Of a DNA stretch of 64,000 nt, positions 45,811 through 55,712 are shown one piece after another. The notes below the pieces were generated by a model. That model worked only from the letters and a program-made list of their open reading frames with translations. It did not search any database and was not told where the DNA came from. The translations under genes and the position numbers were made by a program. Source of the stretch: Limisphaerales bacterium. Its GTDB lineage: Bacteria > Patescibacteriota > Microgenomatia > UBA1400 > PJMF01. The stretch covers positions 10,671 to 74,670 of the forward strand of contig JBILGT010000003.1 in NCBI GenBank assembly GCA_044350895.1. The letters are read 5' to 3'. Position 1 is the stretch's first letter, and every line of letters starts with the position of its first letter.

Positions 45811-46155
45811 AATATCTTGCCAATCTTCCCAAGGGGTTGGTGTCGCAGGTGGTTGTGTGGGTACTACTTCAGTATGATCTACATCTGGTATCTGGATTGC
45901 ATACTCTCCAGGTTTTTGCATGAGTAGTTCATCTCTGACAATTTTTTCTTTTGCTACCGTATTTTGTGAGTCTGTGAGTTTTCCCTCAAGTTGTTGAACT
46001 TCTTGATTGAGTTTTTCAGTATCTTGTTGTAACTTTTGAAGTGTCACAACAGAAGTTTCAGCTGTACCAGCACTTTTTTCAAGCGAAAAATAGAAAATTA
46101 CTGCTATAACAGTGAAAAAAATGACAGTGATTGGATGGAAAAGCAATTTTTGCAT
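45802..46155 (-). CDS. FtsB/DivIC-like septum formation protein (TM + coiled coil)
   Basis: 117 aa with an N-terminal TM and a leucine-heptad coiled coil (LNQEVQQLEGKLTDSQNTVAKEKIVRDEL). Confidence 0.4.
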   Translation of the reverse strand: MQKLLFHPITVIFFTVIAVIFYFSLEKSAGTAETSVVTLQKLQQDTEKLNQEVQQLEGKLTDSQNTVAKEKIVRDELLMQKPGEYAIQIPDVDHTEVVPTQPPATPTPWEDWQDILL

Positions 46156-46243
46156 TGCAGAAAATCCTATCTTATGATATTATAAGTCCTGCAAATTAGT
46201 AAAGACTTACTGAACATTGTACGAGAAATAAGAGTTTTGTACA

Positions 46244-47149
46244 TTGTGTTGCTGTTTAGAAAGCATAAAAGGTATGAATACGTCAGTTACATTACAAGAA
46301 GCACATGCACAATTTGTTGATGCATTAAAGCAGGCCTCCAAGGCTCATGCTACGGTTATTGCGTATAGCAAAGATATTGAGCAATTGATCGATTTTGTGG
46401 CGCGTGAAAAAAATAAACACGCTGCACAAGAAGTTGCTGACAGTGATATTGAAGATTTTAAAGAGTTACTCAAAAAACAGAGATATACCGGAAAATCTAT
46501 TTCCCGAAAAATTAACTCAATCAAAGCTTTTTTCCGTTATTTACAGAACCAGGGCAGTATTGAAAGTAATCCAGCAGATGTCATCAGTCATCCAAAATAT
46601 GACCAGACACCTCCTCGTGTTCTTTCAAAAACAGAGTATCGCGCACTTCGCGACGCTTGCCGTGGAGATGCTCGTATGGCTGCAGTTGTAGAACTGCTCC
46701 TCCAGACAGGTATGCGTATCAGTGAACTCGCTGCTCTCCAAGTGCAAGATCTTGACTTAGATCGCAATGTAATTACGATTCAGCCTCAAGAAGCTCGCGG
46801 TGCACGCCGTGTTCCATTAAATGCAGCAGCAAAACAATCTGTTATGGATTACCTTGCTGTCAGACCACGTGCTCGAGAAAAAACACTTTTCTTAACAAAA
46901 ACTTGTCGTCCATTTTTGGTTCGTAACATTCGTACAGCACTTGACCGCTACTTTAGATTGGCTGGCATCAAAGATGCTAAGGTTAACGACTTACGCCACA
47001 CCTTTATCATTGAACAACTCAAGGCTGGTACACCGTTGGTGTACATCTCTCAATTGGTAGGCCACAAACGCATTACGACAACTGAGAAATATCTTAAATT
47101 GATTGAGGCTCCAGATATGCAGCCTAATATTCAAATTGAAGAGCTGTAA
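46244..47149 (+). CDS. Tyrosine site-specific recombinase, XerC/XerD family
   Basis: 301 aa. The probable start is MNTSV at 46274. Catalytic region LLQTGMRISELAALQV...RHTFIIEQLKAGTPLVYISQLVGHKRITTTEKYLKL (R..H-R-H..Y). Confidence 0.85.
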   Translation: MCCCLESIKGMNTSVTLQEAHAQFVDALKQASKAHATVIAYSKDIEQLIDFVAREKNKHAAQEVADSDIEDFKELLKKQRYTGKSISRKINSIKAFFRYLQNQGSIESNPADVISHPKYDQTPPRVLSKTEYRALRDACRGDARMAAVVELLLQTGMRISELAALQVQDLDLDRNVITIQPQEARGARRVPLNAAAKQSVMDYLAVRPRAREKTLFLTKTCRPFLVRNIRTALDRYFRLAGIKDAKVNDLRHTFIIEQLKAGTPLVYISQLVGHKRITTTEKYLKLIEAPDMQPNIQIEEL

Positions 47150-47192
47150 ACGTAACCACTCCTGTAATTGCATATGTTTTTAGAATAGCTCC

Positions 47193-47328
47193 TTGGCGAG
47201 TTCAGGCTTTAGCGTATAATTGTGTATCTATGATACAGACATCAGCAATCCAATTTTCTTGGTGGCAACTCTCAGAGTAAGGCGAGGGTGTGTTCTGTGT
47301 CATAACTCCCGCCATCGCGGGTTTTTTT
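47193..47328 (+). promoter_or_regulatory. Candidate ribosome-mediated attenuator of trpS: promoter + 16-codon leader ORF with tandem Trp codons + intrinsic terminator
   Basis: Promoter TTGGCG-16-TATAAT (47193-47220). Leader ORF ATG ATA CAG ACA TCA GCA ATC CAA TTT TCT TGG TGG CAA CTC TCA GAG TAA (47230-47280) encodes MIQTSAIQFSWWQLSE. The terminator hairpin CCCGC-CATC-GCGGG plus T7 lies at 47308-47328. The trpS ATG is at 47404. Confidence 0.5.
47308..47328 (+). terminator. Rho-independent terminator in trpS leader
   Basis: CCCGC CATC GCGGG TTTTTTT. Confidence 0.7.
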
Positions 47329-47403
47329 GTAATTACTCGCGATTGCTGCAAAACACAGGTGAAATAAGTACAATCAATTAATTGAATTAATAAGGAAATA
47401 ACT

Positions 47404-48462
47404 ATGACAACAACACAATCAAGTGAAACACAACAAAAACGAGTCCTCTCAGGTATCAGAGCCACAGGAAGACTACATTTAGGTAACTACTTAGGTGCTG
47501 TGAAAGGCATGCTTGAGCTGCAAAAAGATTCGAGCATCGAGACTTTGTACATGGTGGCAGATATTCATACCATTACAACTCCATATAAAGTTGCTGAGTT
47601 GCGCGATAATCGCCGTCAAGTAATCATGGACTATTTGGCAGCTGGTCTTGATCCTGAAAAATCAATATTGTTCTTGCAATCAATGGTGCCACAGCACACT
47701 GAACTTTCTTTTTACTTTTCTTCAGTCATGAGTATTGCTCGTATGCAGCATCTCCCCACGTTTAAAGATAAAGTGAAGCAGTATCCAGATTTTGCTACTA
47801 TGGCGCTGCTTAACTATCCTATTTTAATGAGTGCAGATATTTTGGTCTACAAAGCTGGCCTTGTACCTGTAGGTATTGATCAGGAACCACATCTGGAAAT
47901 TGCCCGAGAGGTTGCTCGAAAAATGAATGAGCAGTATGGATTGGATTTCCCTGAACCACAACGATTTGCTACAAAAGCAGAATATGTCCCATCCCTCAAA
48001 GGCGAAGGAAAGATGAGTAAAAGTGTGGAAGGCAGTTTCATTAACTTAACAGATGACGAAGCGACTATTCTCAAAAGACTTTCAGCTGCCCCAACCGATT
48101 CTGGCAAGGGCAAAATTGTTAAGGCCGAAGGCAAATTTGAAAAGAGTTATGTTGATCAAGCTGGCACAGTATCAAGTGGTGGAGTCCAGAGTTTGCTAGA
48201 ATTTGTAGAACTCTTCCAAGGGATGGACAAACGCAGTGAGTACGAAGCAGCGTATCAAAGTTCTGGCATTCGCTACGGTGACCTTAAAAAAGAACTTGCA
48301 CAAGCAATTTACAAGGAGCTTCAACCAATTCAAGAAAAACGTGAACAACTTGAAGCAGATACTGACTATGTCGATTCAGTGATAGAATCTGGTGCAGCAC
48401 GTGCACAAGCAATTGCGCAAAAAACAGTGATGCAAGTACGTGAAGCAATGGGACTTGGATAA
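47404..48462 (+). CDS. trpS: Tryptophan--tRNA ligase
   Basis: 352 aa. HIGH-type motif SGIRATGRLHLGNYLG, KMSKS motif GEGKMSKSVEGS, and a size typical of TrpRS. Confidence 0.9.
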   Translation: MTTTQSSETQQKRVLSGIRATGRLHLGNYLGAVKGMLELQKDSSIETLYMVADIHTITTPYKVAELRDNRRQVIMDYLAAGLDPEKSILFLQSMVPQHTELSFYFSSVMSIARMQHLPTFKDKVKQYPDFATMALLNYPILMSADILVYKAGLVPVGIDQEPHLEIAREVARKMNEQYGLDFPEPQRFATKAEYVPSLKGEGKMSKSVEGSFINLTDDEATILKRLSAAPTDSGKGKIVKAEGKFEKSYVDQAGTVSSGGVQSLLEFVELFQGMDKRSEYEAAYQSSGIRYGDLKKELAQAIYKELQPIQEKREQLEADTDYVDSVIESGAARAQAIAQKTVMQVREAMGLG

Positions 48463-48486
48463 TCAGTTGATAGAATTAAGGAGCAT

Positions 48487-48822
48487 ATGACACAAAAACC
48501 ATCAATTCAGTATGACGACTTTGCCAAGCTCGATATTCGAGTTGTAACTATTATTGAAGCCACAGAGATTGAGGGTGCAGATAAACTGCTCAAGCTCGTT
48601 TTAGATGCTGGAGAGCTCGGTAGCAGAACAGTTGCATCTGGTATTAAGCCTTGGTATAAACCAGAAGACTTGGTGGGCAAACAAATTTTATACTTAGCCA
48701 ATCTGGAGCCAAGAATGTTGCGTGGCGTTGAGAGCCAAGGAATGATCATTGCCGCAGGTGGAGTTGATGCTGTGTTGGTACAGCCAGACAAGCAGATTGA
48801 AAATGGATCGATAGTTAGATAA
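48487..48822 (+). CDS. tRNA-binding protein CsaA/Trbp111-like (EMAP/MetRS C-terminal-like tRNA-binding domain)
   Basis: 111 aa. FAKLDIRVVTIIEATEIEGADKLLKLVLDAGE...SGIKPWYKPEDLVGKQILYLANLEPRMLRGVESQGMII. Confidence 0.75.
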   Translation: MTQKPSIQYDDFAKLDIRVVTIIEATEIEGADKLLKLVLDAGELGSRTVASGIKPWYKPEDLVGKQILYLANLEPRMLRGVESQGMIIAAGGVDAVLVQPDKQIENGSIVR

Positions 48823-48926
48823 TTTTCTCTGCTAGAGTCATTCTGTTCTTGCAAAATCCTTGCTACACTCTTACAGTACTTTTCGTGTCGATGCATGAAA
48901 AATCATGATAAAATAGGCGAACATCT

Positions 48927-50852
48927 ATGGTTAAACAAACTCAAGTCCCTCCAACAAATAGCACTCCAACTCCCCGAAATGGGCATGCAGAAAATCAGTC
49001 AAATGCTCCAAAAAACAAGCAGTCAGGTATGAATTTTCTTCCATTCAATATGAATGGGATGTGGAATAAGGGCCTCTTATACGTCTTTATTGGTTTGCTC
49101 TTTTTGCCATTTATTTTTTCCTACTTTGGTGGTGAGACAAACAAACGCATTTCTTTAAGTCAATTAATTCAAGATGTCCGTCAACAACAAGTTGAAAAAA
49201 TTCAAGTTACCGGTAACAATCTTGCAGTCTTTTACAAAGATAACTCCCAGCGCGTTACCAGAATGGAAGATGCTCAAGATTTGGTGTCAGTATTTGAGGC
49301 TGCTGATATTGACCTCAACGCTACCAATATTGAAGTGACGAGTGTCTCTGTCTGGAATGTTTTATGGGATCTACTCTTGACCATTTTGCCTATCATTCTG
49401 ATGGTAGTTGTATTTTTCTTTATCTTCCGCCAAGCACGTGGTGCTCAAGATGGCATTATGGGAATTGGGCGCAGTAAAGCAAAGCTTTTTGTTCGTGGCA
49501 AACAAAATATTTCTTTCAAAGACGTTGGTGGTATGGAAGAAGCCAAACAAGAACTTGAGGAAATTGTTGATTTCTTAAAAGATCCTCGAAAATATAAAAA
49601 AGTTGGTGCACGCACACCAAAAGGTGTATTGCTTGTTGGTCCATCTGGAACTGGAAAAACGTTATTAGCACGAGCGGTGGCTGGTGAAGCAAACACACAG
49701 TTCCTTTCAATTGCTGGTAGTGAATTTATGGAAATGTTGGTGGGTGTGGGTGCATCACGCGTGCGTGATTTATTTGCCACTGCCAAAAAACTCTCTCCAG
49801 CCATTATTTTTATTGATGAGATTGATGCAATTGGTCGTGTACGTGGCCATGGCAGTATGGGTGGACATGATGAGCGTGAACAAACCCTCAACCAAATTCT
49901 TGTTGAGATGGATGGATTCACTCCAAATGATAACGTGATAGTGATGGCTGCTACCAATCGTGGCGATATGCTTGATCCAGCGTTGGTGCGTCCAGGCCGT
50001 TTTGACCGCCGTGTCACTGTTAACCTTCCTGATTTAGAAGAGCGTAAATTTATTCTTTCCATTCATGCTAAAGGCAAACCTTTCTCCAAAACAGTAAATT
50101 GGGAGAAGATTGCTCGACGCACTGTGGGCTTTTCTGGAGCTGATATTGAAAACATGCTCAATGAATCTGCAATCGCAATTGCTCGAGAAAACAGAGAAGA
50201 AATTACTTCAGATGATCTTGAAGAAGCATCACTCAAAGTTAAGATGGGACCAAGTAAAAAGCGATTACACAATGAACTCGAGCGCAAAATGACTGCCTAT
50301 CATGAAGCAGGTCACGCTATTGTGGCTCACGTTTCACGACATTCTGATCCAGTGCACAGAATTTCGATAGTCTCACGAGGTCAAGCACTTGGCTTTACAT
50401 TGACTCCTCCAGAACGCGATAAAGTCCAAACAACTCAGTCAGAACTGCAAGATGAACTAGCTGTTCTACTTGGTGGACGTGCCGCTGAAATTGCTATATT
50501 TAAAGAACTCACAGCAGGTGCCAGTAGCGACATTGAGCGTGCCACACGTATTGCTCGCGCTATGGTTATGGATTATGGTATGAGTCCACTGGGACCAATG
50601 AACTTTAATCCTCAATACGATATGAGTTATGCTCGAGCTGGTGGTGAACCACAAAAAATCTCTGAAGCATTACAAGAAAAGGTTGATAAAGAAGTTTCAA
50701 AATTGATTGATGAAGGTCAAAAAGCAGCAATAGAAATACTTAAAAAATACAGCAAGAAGTTGGATGAAGTGTCTATTAAACTGCTTGAAGTTGAAACACT
50801 TGATGGTGATGAGTTTACGGCACTCATGGGTGAGGCAAAAGCTAAAGTTTAA
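48927..50852 (+). CDS. ftsH: ATP-dependent zinc metalloprotease FtsH
   Basis: 641 aa with an N-terminal TM pair, AAA motif [18 protein letters not shown], an SRH region, and the HEAGHAIV zinc site. Confidence 0.95.
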   Translation: MVKQTQVPPTNSTPTPRNGHAENQSNAPKNKQSGMNFLPFNMNGMWNKGLLYVFIGLLFLPFIFSYFGGETNKRISLSQLIQDVRQQQVEKIQVTGNNLAVFYKDNSQRVTRMEDAQDLVSVFEAADIDLNATNIEVTSVSVWNVLWDLLLTILPIILMVVVFFFIFRQARGAQDGIMGIGRSKAKLFVRGKQNISFKDVGGMEEAKQELEEIVDFLKDPRKYKKVGARTPKGVLLVGPSGTGKTLLARAVAGEANTQFLSIAGSEFMEMLVGVGASRVRDLFATAKKLSPAIIFIDEIDAIGRVRGHGSMGGHDEREQTLNQILVEMDGFTPNDNVIVMAATNRGDMLDPALVRPGRFDRRVTVNLPDLEERKFILSIHAKGKPFSKTVNWEKIARRTVGFSGADIENMLNESAIAIARENREEITSDDLEEASLKVKMGPSKKRLHNELERKMTAYHEAGHAIVAHVSRHSDPVHRISIVSRGQALGFTLTPPERDKVQTTQSELQDELAVLLGGRAAEIAIFKELTAGASSDIERATRIARAMVMDYGMSPLGPMNFNPQYDMSYARAGGEPQKISEALQEKVDKEVSKLIDEGQKAAIEILKKYSKKLDEVSIKLLEVETLDGDEFTALMGEAKAKV

Positions 50853-50870
50853 TGTGGTAAACTTTTTGAC

Positions 50871-51821
50871 ATGCAAGAACAAATCCCTCGCTTTATGATT
50901 GTTGATGGGCACGGTTTGATTTACCGTGCGTATCATGCATTTCCGCCCCTTACAGCTCCTGATGGTTTGATGGTGAATGCAGTTTATGGCTTTGCCAGAA
51001 TTCTTTTAACCGCCATAGATGAGTATGATCCCACCTACATCGCTGTGGCGTTTGATCACAAAAAACCAACACTTCGCTCTCAAGAATATGCGGAGTACAA
51101 GGCTCATCGACCTAAAATGCCAGATGATTTGCGCGCTCAAATTGACCTCGTAAAAGAAGTTGTTACGACATTAAATATTCCCCAATTTGAACTTGAAGGG
51201 TATGAAGCTGATGACTTGATCGGGACAGTGACTCGACTGGTTGCTACAGATCCTGCACTAGAAGTGATGAACTTGGTTGTGACGGGTGACAAAGATCTGC
51301 TCCAACTTGTAGACGAAGGTACTCATGTATGGATTCCTGCTCGTGGTAAGTTTGGCGGCAATGTTGAGTATGGTGCTGCTGAAGTTGTTACAAAAATGGG
51401 TGTCAAACCTCTCCAGATCCCAGATTTAAAAGCACTAATGGGAGATTCATCAGATAATATTCCAGGTGTCAAAGGCGTCGGTCCCAAAACGGCTGCCACA
51501 CTCATTACCAAGTACGAAACGTTAGAGAAGGTATACGATCGAGTGAGTTATTTACAAGTAAATCCCACAGAAAAAGATCCACAAATAAAAGGCGCGCTCT
51601 TTGAAAATTTGGTTGGAGATAAAGAAAATGCTTTTCTGAGTAAACGACTTGCCACTATTGATAGGAACGTGCCAATTGAATTTACATTAGAACCTTGCCG
51701 CGTTTGCGACTATGATAAGTCTAAGGCAGTAGAACTTTTTGAGCGTATGGATTTTAAATCGCTCATTCCACTACTTCCTGATGACAATTTTGATGCAGGC
51801 ATCCAGGATGCACTGTTTTAA
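50871..51821 (+). CDS. Standalone 5'-3' exonuclease (Pol I N-terminal domain-like, FEN family)
   Basis: 316 aa. FMIVDGHGLIYRAYHA..., acidic clusters YEADDLIG and VTGDKDLLQL, and the H3TH motif GDSSDNIPGVKGVGPKTAATL. No polymerase domain follows. Confidence 0.8.
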   Translation: MQEQIPRFMIVDGHGLIYRAYHAFPPLTAPDGLMVNAVYGFARILLTAIDEYDPTYIAVAFDHKKPTLRSQEYAEYKAHRPKMPDDLRAQIDLVKEVVTTLNIPQFELEGYEADDLIGTVTRLVATDPALEVMNLVVTGDKDLLQLVDEGTHVWIPARGKFGGNVEYGAAEVVTKMGVKPLQIPDLKALMGDSSDNIPGVKGVGPKTAATLITKYETLEKVYDRVSYLQVNPTEKDPQIKGALFENLVGDKENAFLSKRLATIDRNVPIEFTLEPCRVCDYDKSKAVELFERMDFKSLIPLLPDDNFDAGIQDALF

Positions 51822-51824
51822 AAA

Positions 51825-52931
51825 ATGAAAAAACAACCACGCATAGCACTCATTCATGACTACTTGATTGAGTATGGTGGTGCAGAGCGGGTGCTTGAGG
51901 CACTCCACGAGTTATATCCTGATGCACCTGTCTACACATCTTTCATAAACAAGGAATCTCTGGGAATTCATTGGCAGCGGTTTGCAGACTGGGATATAAC
52001 TGAAACCTGGATTTCAAAGTTACCTTTTTATAAAAAATTGCACTCTCCATACAGATTATTTGCTCCAGCAGCCTTTAAATCGCTCGATCTGTCAGATTTT
52101 GATGTAGTGATTTCATCATCCAATGCGTACTATGCCAAGGCTGTACACGTCCCAAATGGTGTGCATATCTGCTACTGTCACACGCCACCACGCTCACTCT
52201 ATGGCTATGCAACAATGACTGACTGGCAACAAAATCCAGTAACTCATTTTTTTGGTTCACTCATCAATCATTATTTGCGAATTATTGATTTTAAAATTTC
52301 TCAAGAAGTCACCCAGTTCCTCACCAATTCTCAAGAAACAGCACGACGAATTGCCAAGTTTTACAAGCGTGAAGCAACTGTTATTTATCCACCAGTGGAA
52401 GTGCCAGACTCTCTCCCTACAAGTACCAAAAAAACAGGTGATTCATATTTTTTGTATGTTAATCGATTGGCATTTGCCAAGCACCCAGAGATTGCCATTG
52501 CCGCATGTGCAGAGTTACAAGTACCACTTAAAGTGGTGGGGACTGGTAAATTACTTCCTGAACTGAAAAAAATGGCTCATGAAAATATAGAATTTCTTGG
52601 GGCAGTGGATGATGAAACGCTTCATACGTTGTATACCAATGCAACAGCACTACTGTATCCTGTGGAAGATGAAGATTTTGGCATCGTCCCGATTGAAGCA
52701 ATGGGATATGGCGTGCCGGTGATTGCGCATAATTCTGGAGGTCCACGCGAGACAATTATTGATGGTAAAACTGGAGTGCTCTTTGATAATCTCTCAGTTG
52801 CAGGATTGGTGCGTGCCATTGAAAAGAGTAGAACCATACAATTCACTAGTGAAATAATTCACAAACATGCGCTACAATTCAGAAAAGAAGTTTTTCTTAA
52901 AAGAATTGCAGAGTTTGTAAAAAACTGCTGA
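51825..52931 (+). CDS. Glycosyltransferase family 4
   Basis: 368 aa. The C-terminal GT4 signature EDEDFGIVPIEAMGYGVPVIAHNSGGPRETIIDGKTGVLFD. Confidence 0.8.
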   Translation: MKKQPRIALIHDYLIEYGGAERVLEALHELYPDAPVYTSFINKESLGIHWQRFADWDITETWISKLPFYKKLHSPYRLFAPAAFKSLDLSDFDVVISSSNAYYAKAVHVPNGVHICYCHTPPRSLYGYATMTDWQQNPVTHFFGSLINHYLRIIDFKISQEVTQFLTNSQETARRIAKFYKREATVIYPPVEVPDSLPTSTKKTGDSYFLYVNRLAFAKHPEIAIAACAELQVPLKVVGTGKLLPELKKMAHENIEFLGAVDDETLHTLYTNATALLYPVEDEDFGIVPIEAMGYGVPVIAHNSGGPRETIIDGKTGVLFDNLSVAGLVRAIEKSRTIQFTSEIIHKHALQFRKEVFLKRIAEFVKNC

Positions 52932-52944
52932 GGTACTTGAACCT

Positions 52945-53361
52945 ATGACTCCAAACGCAGGTGAAGTAGAACAAAGATTTGCACTTCAAGCTCCACTAAA
53001 TGTTTTCGAGCTCAAATTATTACTTCATATAACGGGTTTATACCCCAAAGAACCATTTCTGTATCCTGGTGATTGTTCACATAATTATCAAGAATTATTT
53101 GCCAAGGGACTACGATTTCACCCAAATGTGCATTGTTTAGTGGTTCCCGTTGGCTGTGATTTGCAACAATATACAGTAAAGACCAAGGGTTTTGATCCAG
53201 GTACTTACCAACTTGCGATTTTCTGTCAGGTTACTGGCAAGCGCTTTGAACCATTTGATCGACCGCACGTGCTTAAAAATGATGACACCGGCGAAATACT
53301 TCGAGTATGTCACGAAGGCATGGATTGGCTGATTGCCCAAGGTTGGAAAAAAGTGAGCTAG
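52945..53361 (+). CDS. Hypothetical protein
   Basis: 138 aa, no recognised motif. Confidence 0.45.
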   Translation: MTPNAGEVEQRFALQAPLNVFELKLLLHITGLYPKEPFLYPGDCSHNYQELFAKGLRFHPNVHCLVVPVGCDLQQYTVKTKGFDPGTYQLAIFCQVTGKRFEPFDRPHVLKNDDTGEILRVCHEGMDWLIAQGWKKVS

Positions 53362-53374
53362 AGTCTCAGAAATT

Positions 53375-54901
53375 TTACTGTTTATCAATTTGAATTAAAG
53401 CGACTTCAGATGGACCCATTGGAATTGTAAGTTGAAGATTTGTTTCAACAGTAGATGCCGTTGTTGTCTCACGTTGTTTATTTAAAAAGATTTTAGTAAC
53501 CTGATAATTGCCTGGTACCAAATTCTGAAAAGTAACTGGAACAGCTTCTACATTTCTTGCTTGTGGATCATAGTTGGCAAGCAAAACCTGGAAAGACTGA
53601 TCATTTACCTTTGTCCCAATTGCTTTGACATACGTTCCTTTACCAAGCGTTTGCAATCGTTCTGGCCCGAGCAGTTCAAGCATGGTGAGAGCTTTATACC
53701 GTGGTTTTGGTTGTGAACCAAAGTCTCCATGCGTGAACAGCCCCCAGCGGCCCCATTGAGCTTTTCCAGCAGGGTCTTTTCCGTCCTGAATTTCAAAAGC
53801 AAAAGCGCGGTCAATAACTCCAATCATCTCAATTGAAGCTGCTGCAGTGTGGGCGGCACCAAAGCTGTTGTCATAGCCAGCATTATTTTTGCTGTCATGA
53901 CCCCATTCAGTGATATGAAATTCTACAGTTGGTTTAAGCTGTGGGTATGCCTCAATCCAACTTTGAACTTCAAACATGTCTTGTTTGTACCGGTTGATGT
54001 CGGTGTCATACCGATGCCATGAGAAAAAATCGAATCGCAAGTTATTGGCAATTACATGTTTTGCCAATGCATCAAACCAGTTTTTATATAATGCTGTAAT
54101 CGCTGGTCCACCAATTTTAAATGGCTGAGAAACACGTGCATTTTGAGCTCCTTTGGCAGCGAATTCATATAAGGTCAGATAGTTGCGCTCGCCATAATAC
54201 TTCCAGCCACCAAAAAGATCTGGTTCATTCCAAACTTCATAGTAAACATCTGGAGTATTGCGTGCACCGCTGATATGTTCGATTGTTTTTTGAACTGTTA
54301 GTTGCCAGTCTTCATACCGCTGTGGTGGAGCGACAATATCACCGCTACTAATAACCGGCGGCATATATGAAAGAGAAATGTATGGTTTGGCTCCAGTTGC
54401 TTTAATATCATCAAGTAGTCCATCAAGCTTTGTGAAATTAAAACTCAGATTGCCAGGGACACCTTGGACGATGTCATAAAAGTCATAGAGATGGTCAATA
54501 CGGATATATTCAGGATGAATAGCTTTAACTTGAGCGACAAGTGGCTGTAAACGCCAGCCGTGATCTTCCCCACCTTGCGCGAGATTCCGCCAAGGTCGTG
54601 GAAGTGGACCGATCACGCCTTGTGTATCAATGACAATATTGGCTGGTTCTGAATTGGCTCGTGAAATGTATTCTCGAACTACATCAAAGCCGCGGACGCC
54701 AAAAATCAAAGCAAGCGAAATGACAACCAAGCCCACTGCTTTCCAGATATAGACTGACTTTGTAACTTTTTTGCCATTTCGATGTGACATTTGTAACTGT
54801 AATAGTGCCATATTTCTAATTCTCAGAGTAGTAGTGGAATATGTAATTTGACTTTTTAGCAAACAAGATATATTATTGCTAATAACCAAGCTTTTTTTCA
54901 T
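53375..54901 (-). CDS. Membrane-anchored glycoside hydrolase, clan GH-A TIM-barrel (GH39/GH5-like)
   Basis: 508-aa ORF. The probable start is at M31 (~54811), followed by a signal-anchor helix. The acid/base motif is YYEVWNEPD and the nucleophile motif is EFHITEWG. Confidence 0.55.
   Translation of the reverse strand: MKKSLVISNNISCLLKSQITYSTTTLRIRNMALLQLQMSHRNGKKVTKSVYIWKAVGLVVISLALIFGVRGFDVVREYISRANSEPANIVIDTQGVIGPLPRPWRNLAQGGEDHGWRLQPLVAQVKAIHPEYIRIDHLYDFYDIVQGVPGNLSFNFTKLDGLLDDIKATGAKPYISLSYMPPVISSGDIVAPPQRYEDWQLTVQKTIEHISGARNTPDVYYEVWNEPDLFGGWKYYGERNYLTLYEFAAKGAQNARVSQPFKIGGPAITALYKNWFDALAKHVIANNLRFDFFSWHRYDTDINRYKQDMFEVQSWIEAYPQLKPTVEFHITEWGHDSKNNAGYDNSFGAAHTAAASIEMIGVIDRAFAFEIQDGKDPAGKAQWGRWGLFTHGDFGSQPKPRYKALTMLELLGPERLQTLGKGTYVKAIGTKVNDQSFQVLLANYDPQARNVEAVPVTFQNLVPGNYQVTKIFLNKQRETTTASTVETNLQLTIPMGPSEVALIQIDKQ
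54848..54882 (+). promoter_or_regulatory. hrcA promoter (TTGACT-17-TATTAT) overlapping a degenerate CIRCE-like inverted repeat TTAGCAAAC-N9-TATTGCTAA
   Basis: -35 at 54848-54853 and -10 at 54871-54876. The inverted repeat at 54856-54882 matches the CIRCE consensus TTAGCACTC-N9-GAGTGCTAA at the outer TTAGCA/TGCTAA positions with a 9-nt spacer. Confidence 0.45.
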
Positions 54902-55662
54902 TGCTTGATTGTAAAAACGTAATTGCGTATAACAAAGATATGATTGATCTTACAGCCAGACAAATCCAGATTTTACGCGCCATTATTCAAGAATTTATCG
55001 AAACTGCCGAACCAGTTGGCTCTGATACGATCGATAAAAAGTATTCTATTGGTGTTTCCCCAGCCACTATCCGCAATGAGATGGTGCAACTTACCAATCA
55101 AGGCTACCTCAACAAACATCACAGTAGTGCTGGCCGTATCCCTACCTCTGTCGCTCTAAAGTTGTATGTCAACGAGCTCATGAAAGAAAAAGAACTTTCA
55201 GTGGCAGATGAAGTTTCTGCAAAAGAAAAAATCTGGCATACCAAAAATGAACTGGATGACTTACTTGGTGAACTTACAAAAGTTCTCGCAGATAAATCTA
55301 AAGCATTGGGTTTAACATTGATTAACGATAAACGGATTATCCATTCTGGATATGCAAATTTACTTGATATGCCAGAATTTTATGATATCAATGTTATGCG
55401 CCAAGTGTTGCGTTTGATTGAAGAAGTTAAAATTCTTGAAGAAATCTTTTCGCACAGCAACAGTGATAACCAAGTCCAAGTTGTATATGGTCAAGAGCTG
55501 GGTAATAAAGTTCTAGAACCAATTGGTTTAATCCATATGACATTTGTAGTGCGTGGCTCACGGTGCAGAGTCGGCGTGCTTGGCTCAAGTCGTTTTGACT
55601 ATGCGTACATTATTCCAATGATGAAGTATGTGCGAACACTCGTAAAAGAAATGGTCGAGTAA
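54901..55662 (+). CDS. hrcA: Heat-inducible transcription repressor HrcA (short form; probable start at 54940)
   Basis: DLTARQIQILRAIIQEFIETAEPVGSDTIDKKYSIGVSPATIRNEMVQLTNQGYLNKHHSSAGRIPT matches the HrcA N-terminal winged-helix region. The protein is ~240 aa, versus ~340 typical. Confidence 0.75.
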   Translation: MLDCKNVIAYNKDMIDLTARQIQILRAIIQEFIETAEPVGSDTIDKKYSIGVSPATIRNEMVQLTNQGYLNKHHSSAGRIPTSVALKLYVNELMKEKELSVADEVSAKEKIWHTKNELDDLLGELTKVLADKSKALGLTLINDKRIIHSGYANLLDMPEFYDINVMRQVLRLIEEVKILEEIFSHSNSDNQVQVVYGQELGNKVLEPIGLIHMTFVVRGSRCRVGVLGSSRFDYAYIIPMMKYVRTLVKEMVE

Positions 55663-55712
55663 TTCCTCACCAAAAATTGTAGCAACTTGCCCAACTGTAA
55701 AAATAGAAAGTA

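Noticed and set aside
46156-46243. LexA/Cheo-box-like TGAACATTGTACG upstream of the Xer recombinase
   Set aside because: There is one mismatch in the GTTC arm and no lexA in the window, so it is likely chance in an AT-rich spacer.
47150-47403. T-box riboswitch upstream of trpS
   Set aside because: The leader is only ~175 nt. I could not find a credible 14-nt T-box sequence (AGGGUGGNACCGCG) or a Stem I specifier architecture. The tandem-Trp mini-ORF plus terminator explains the region better.
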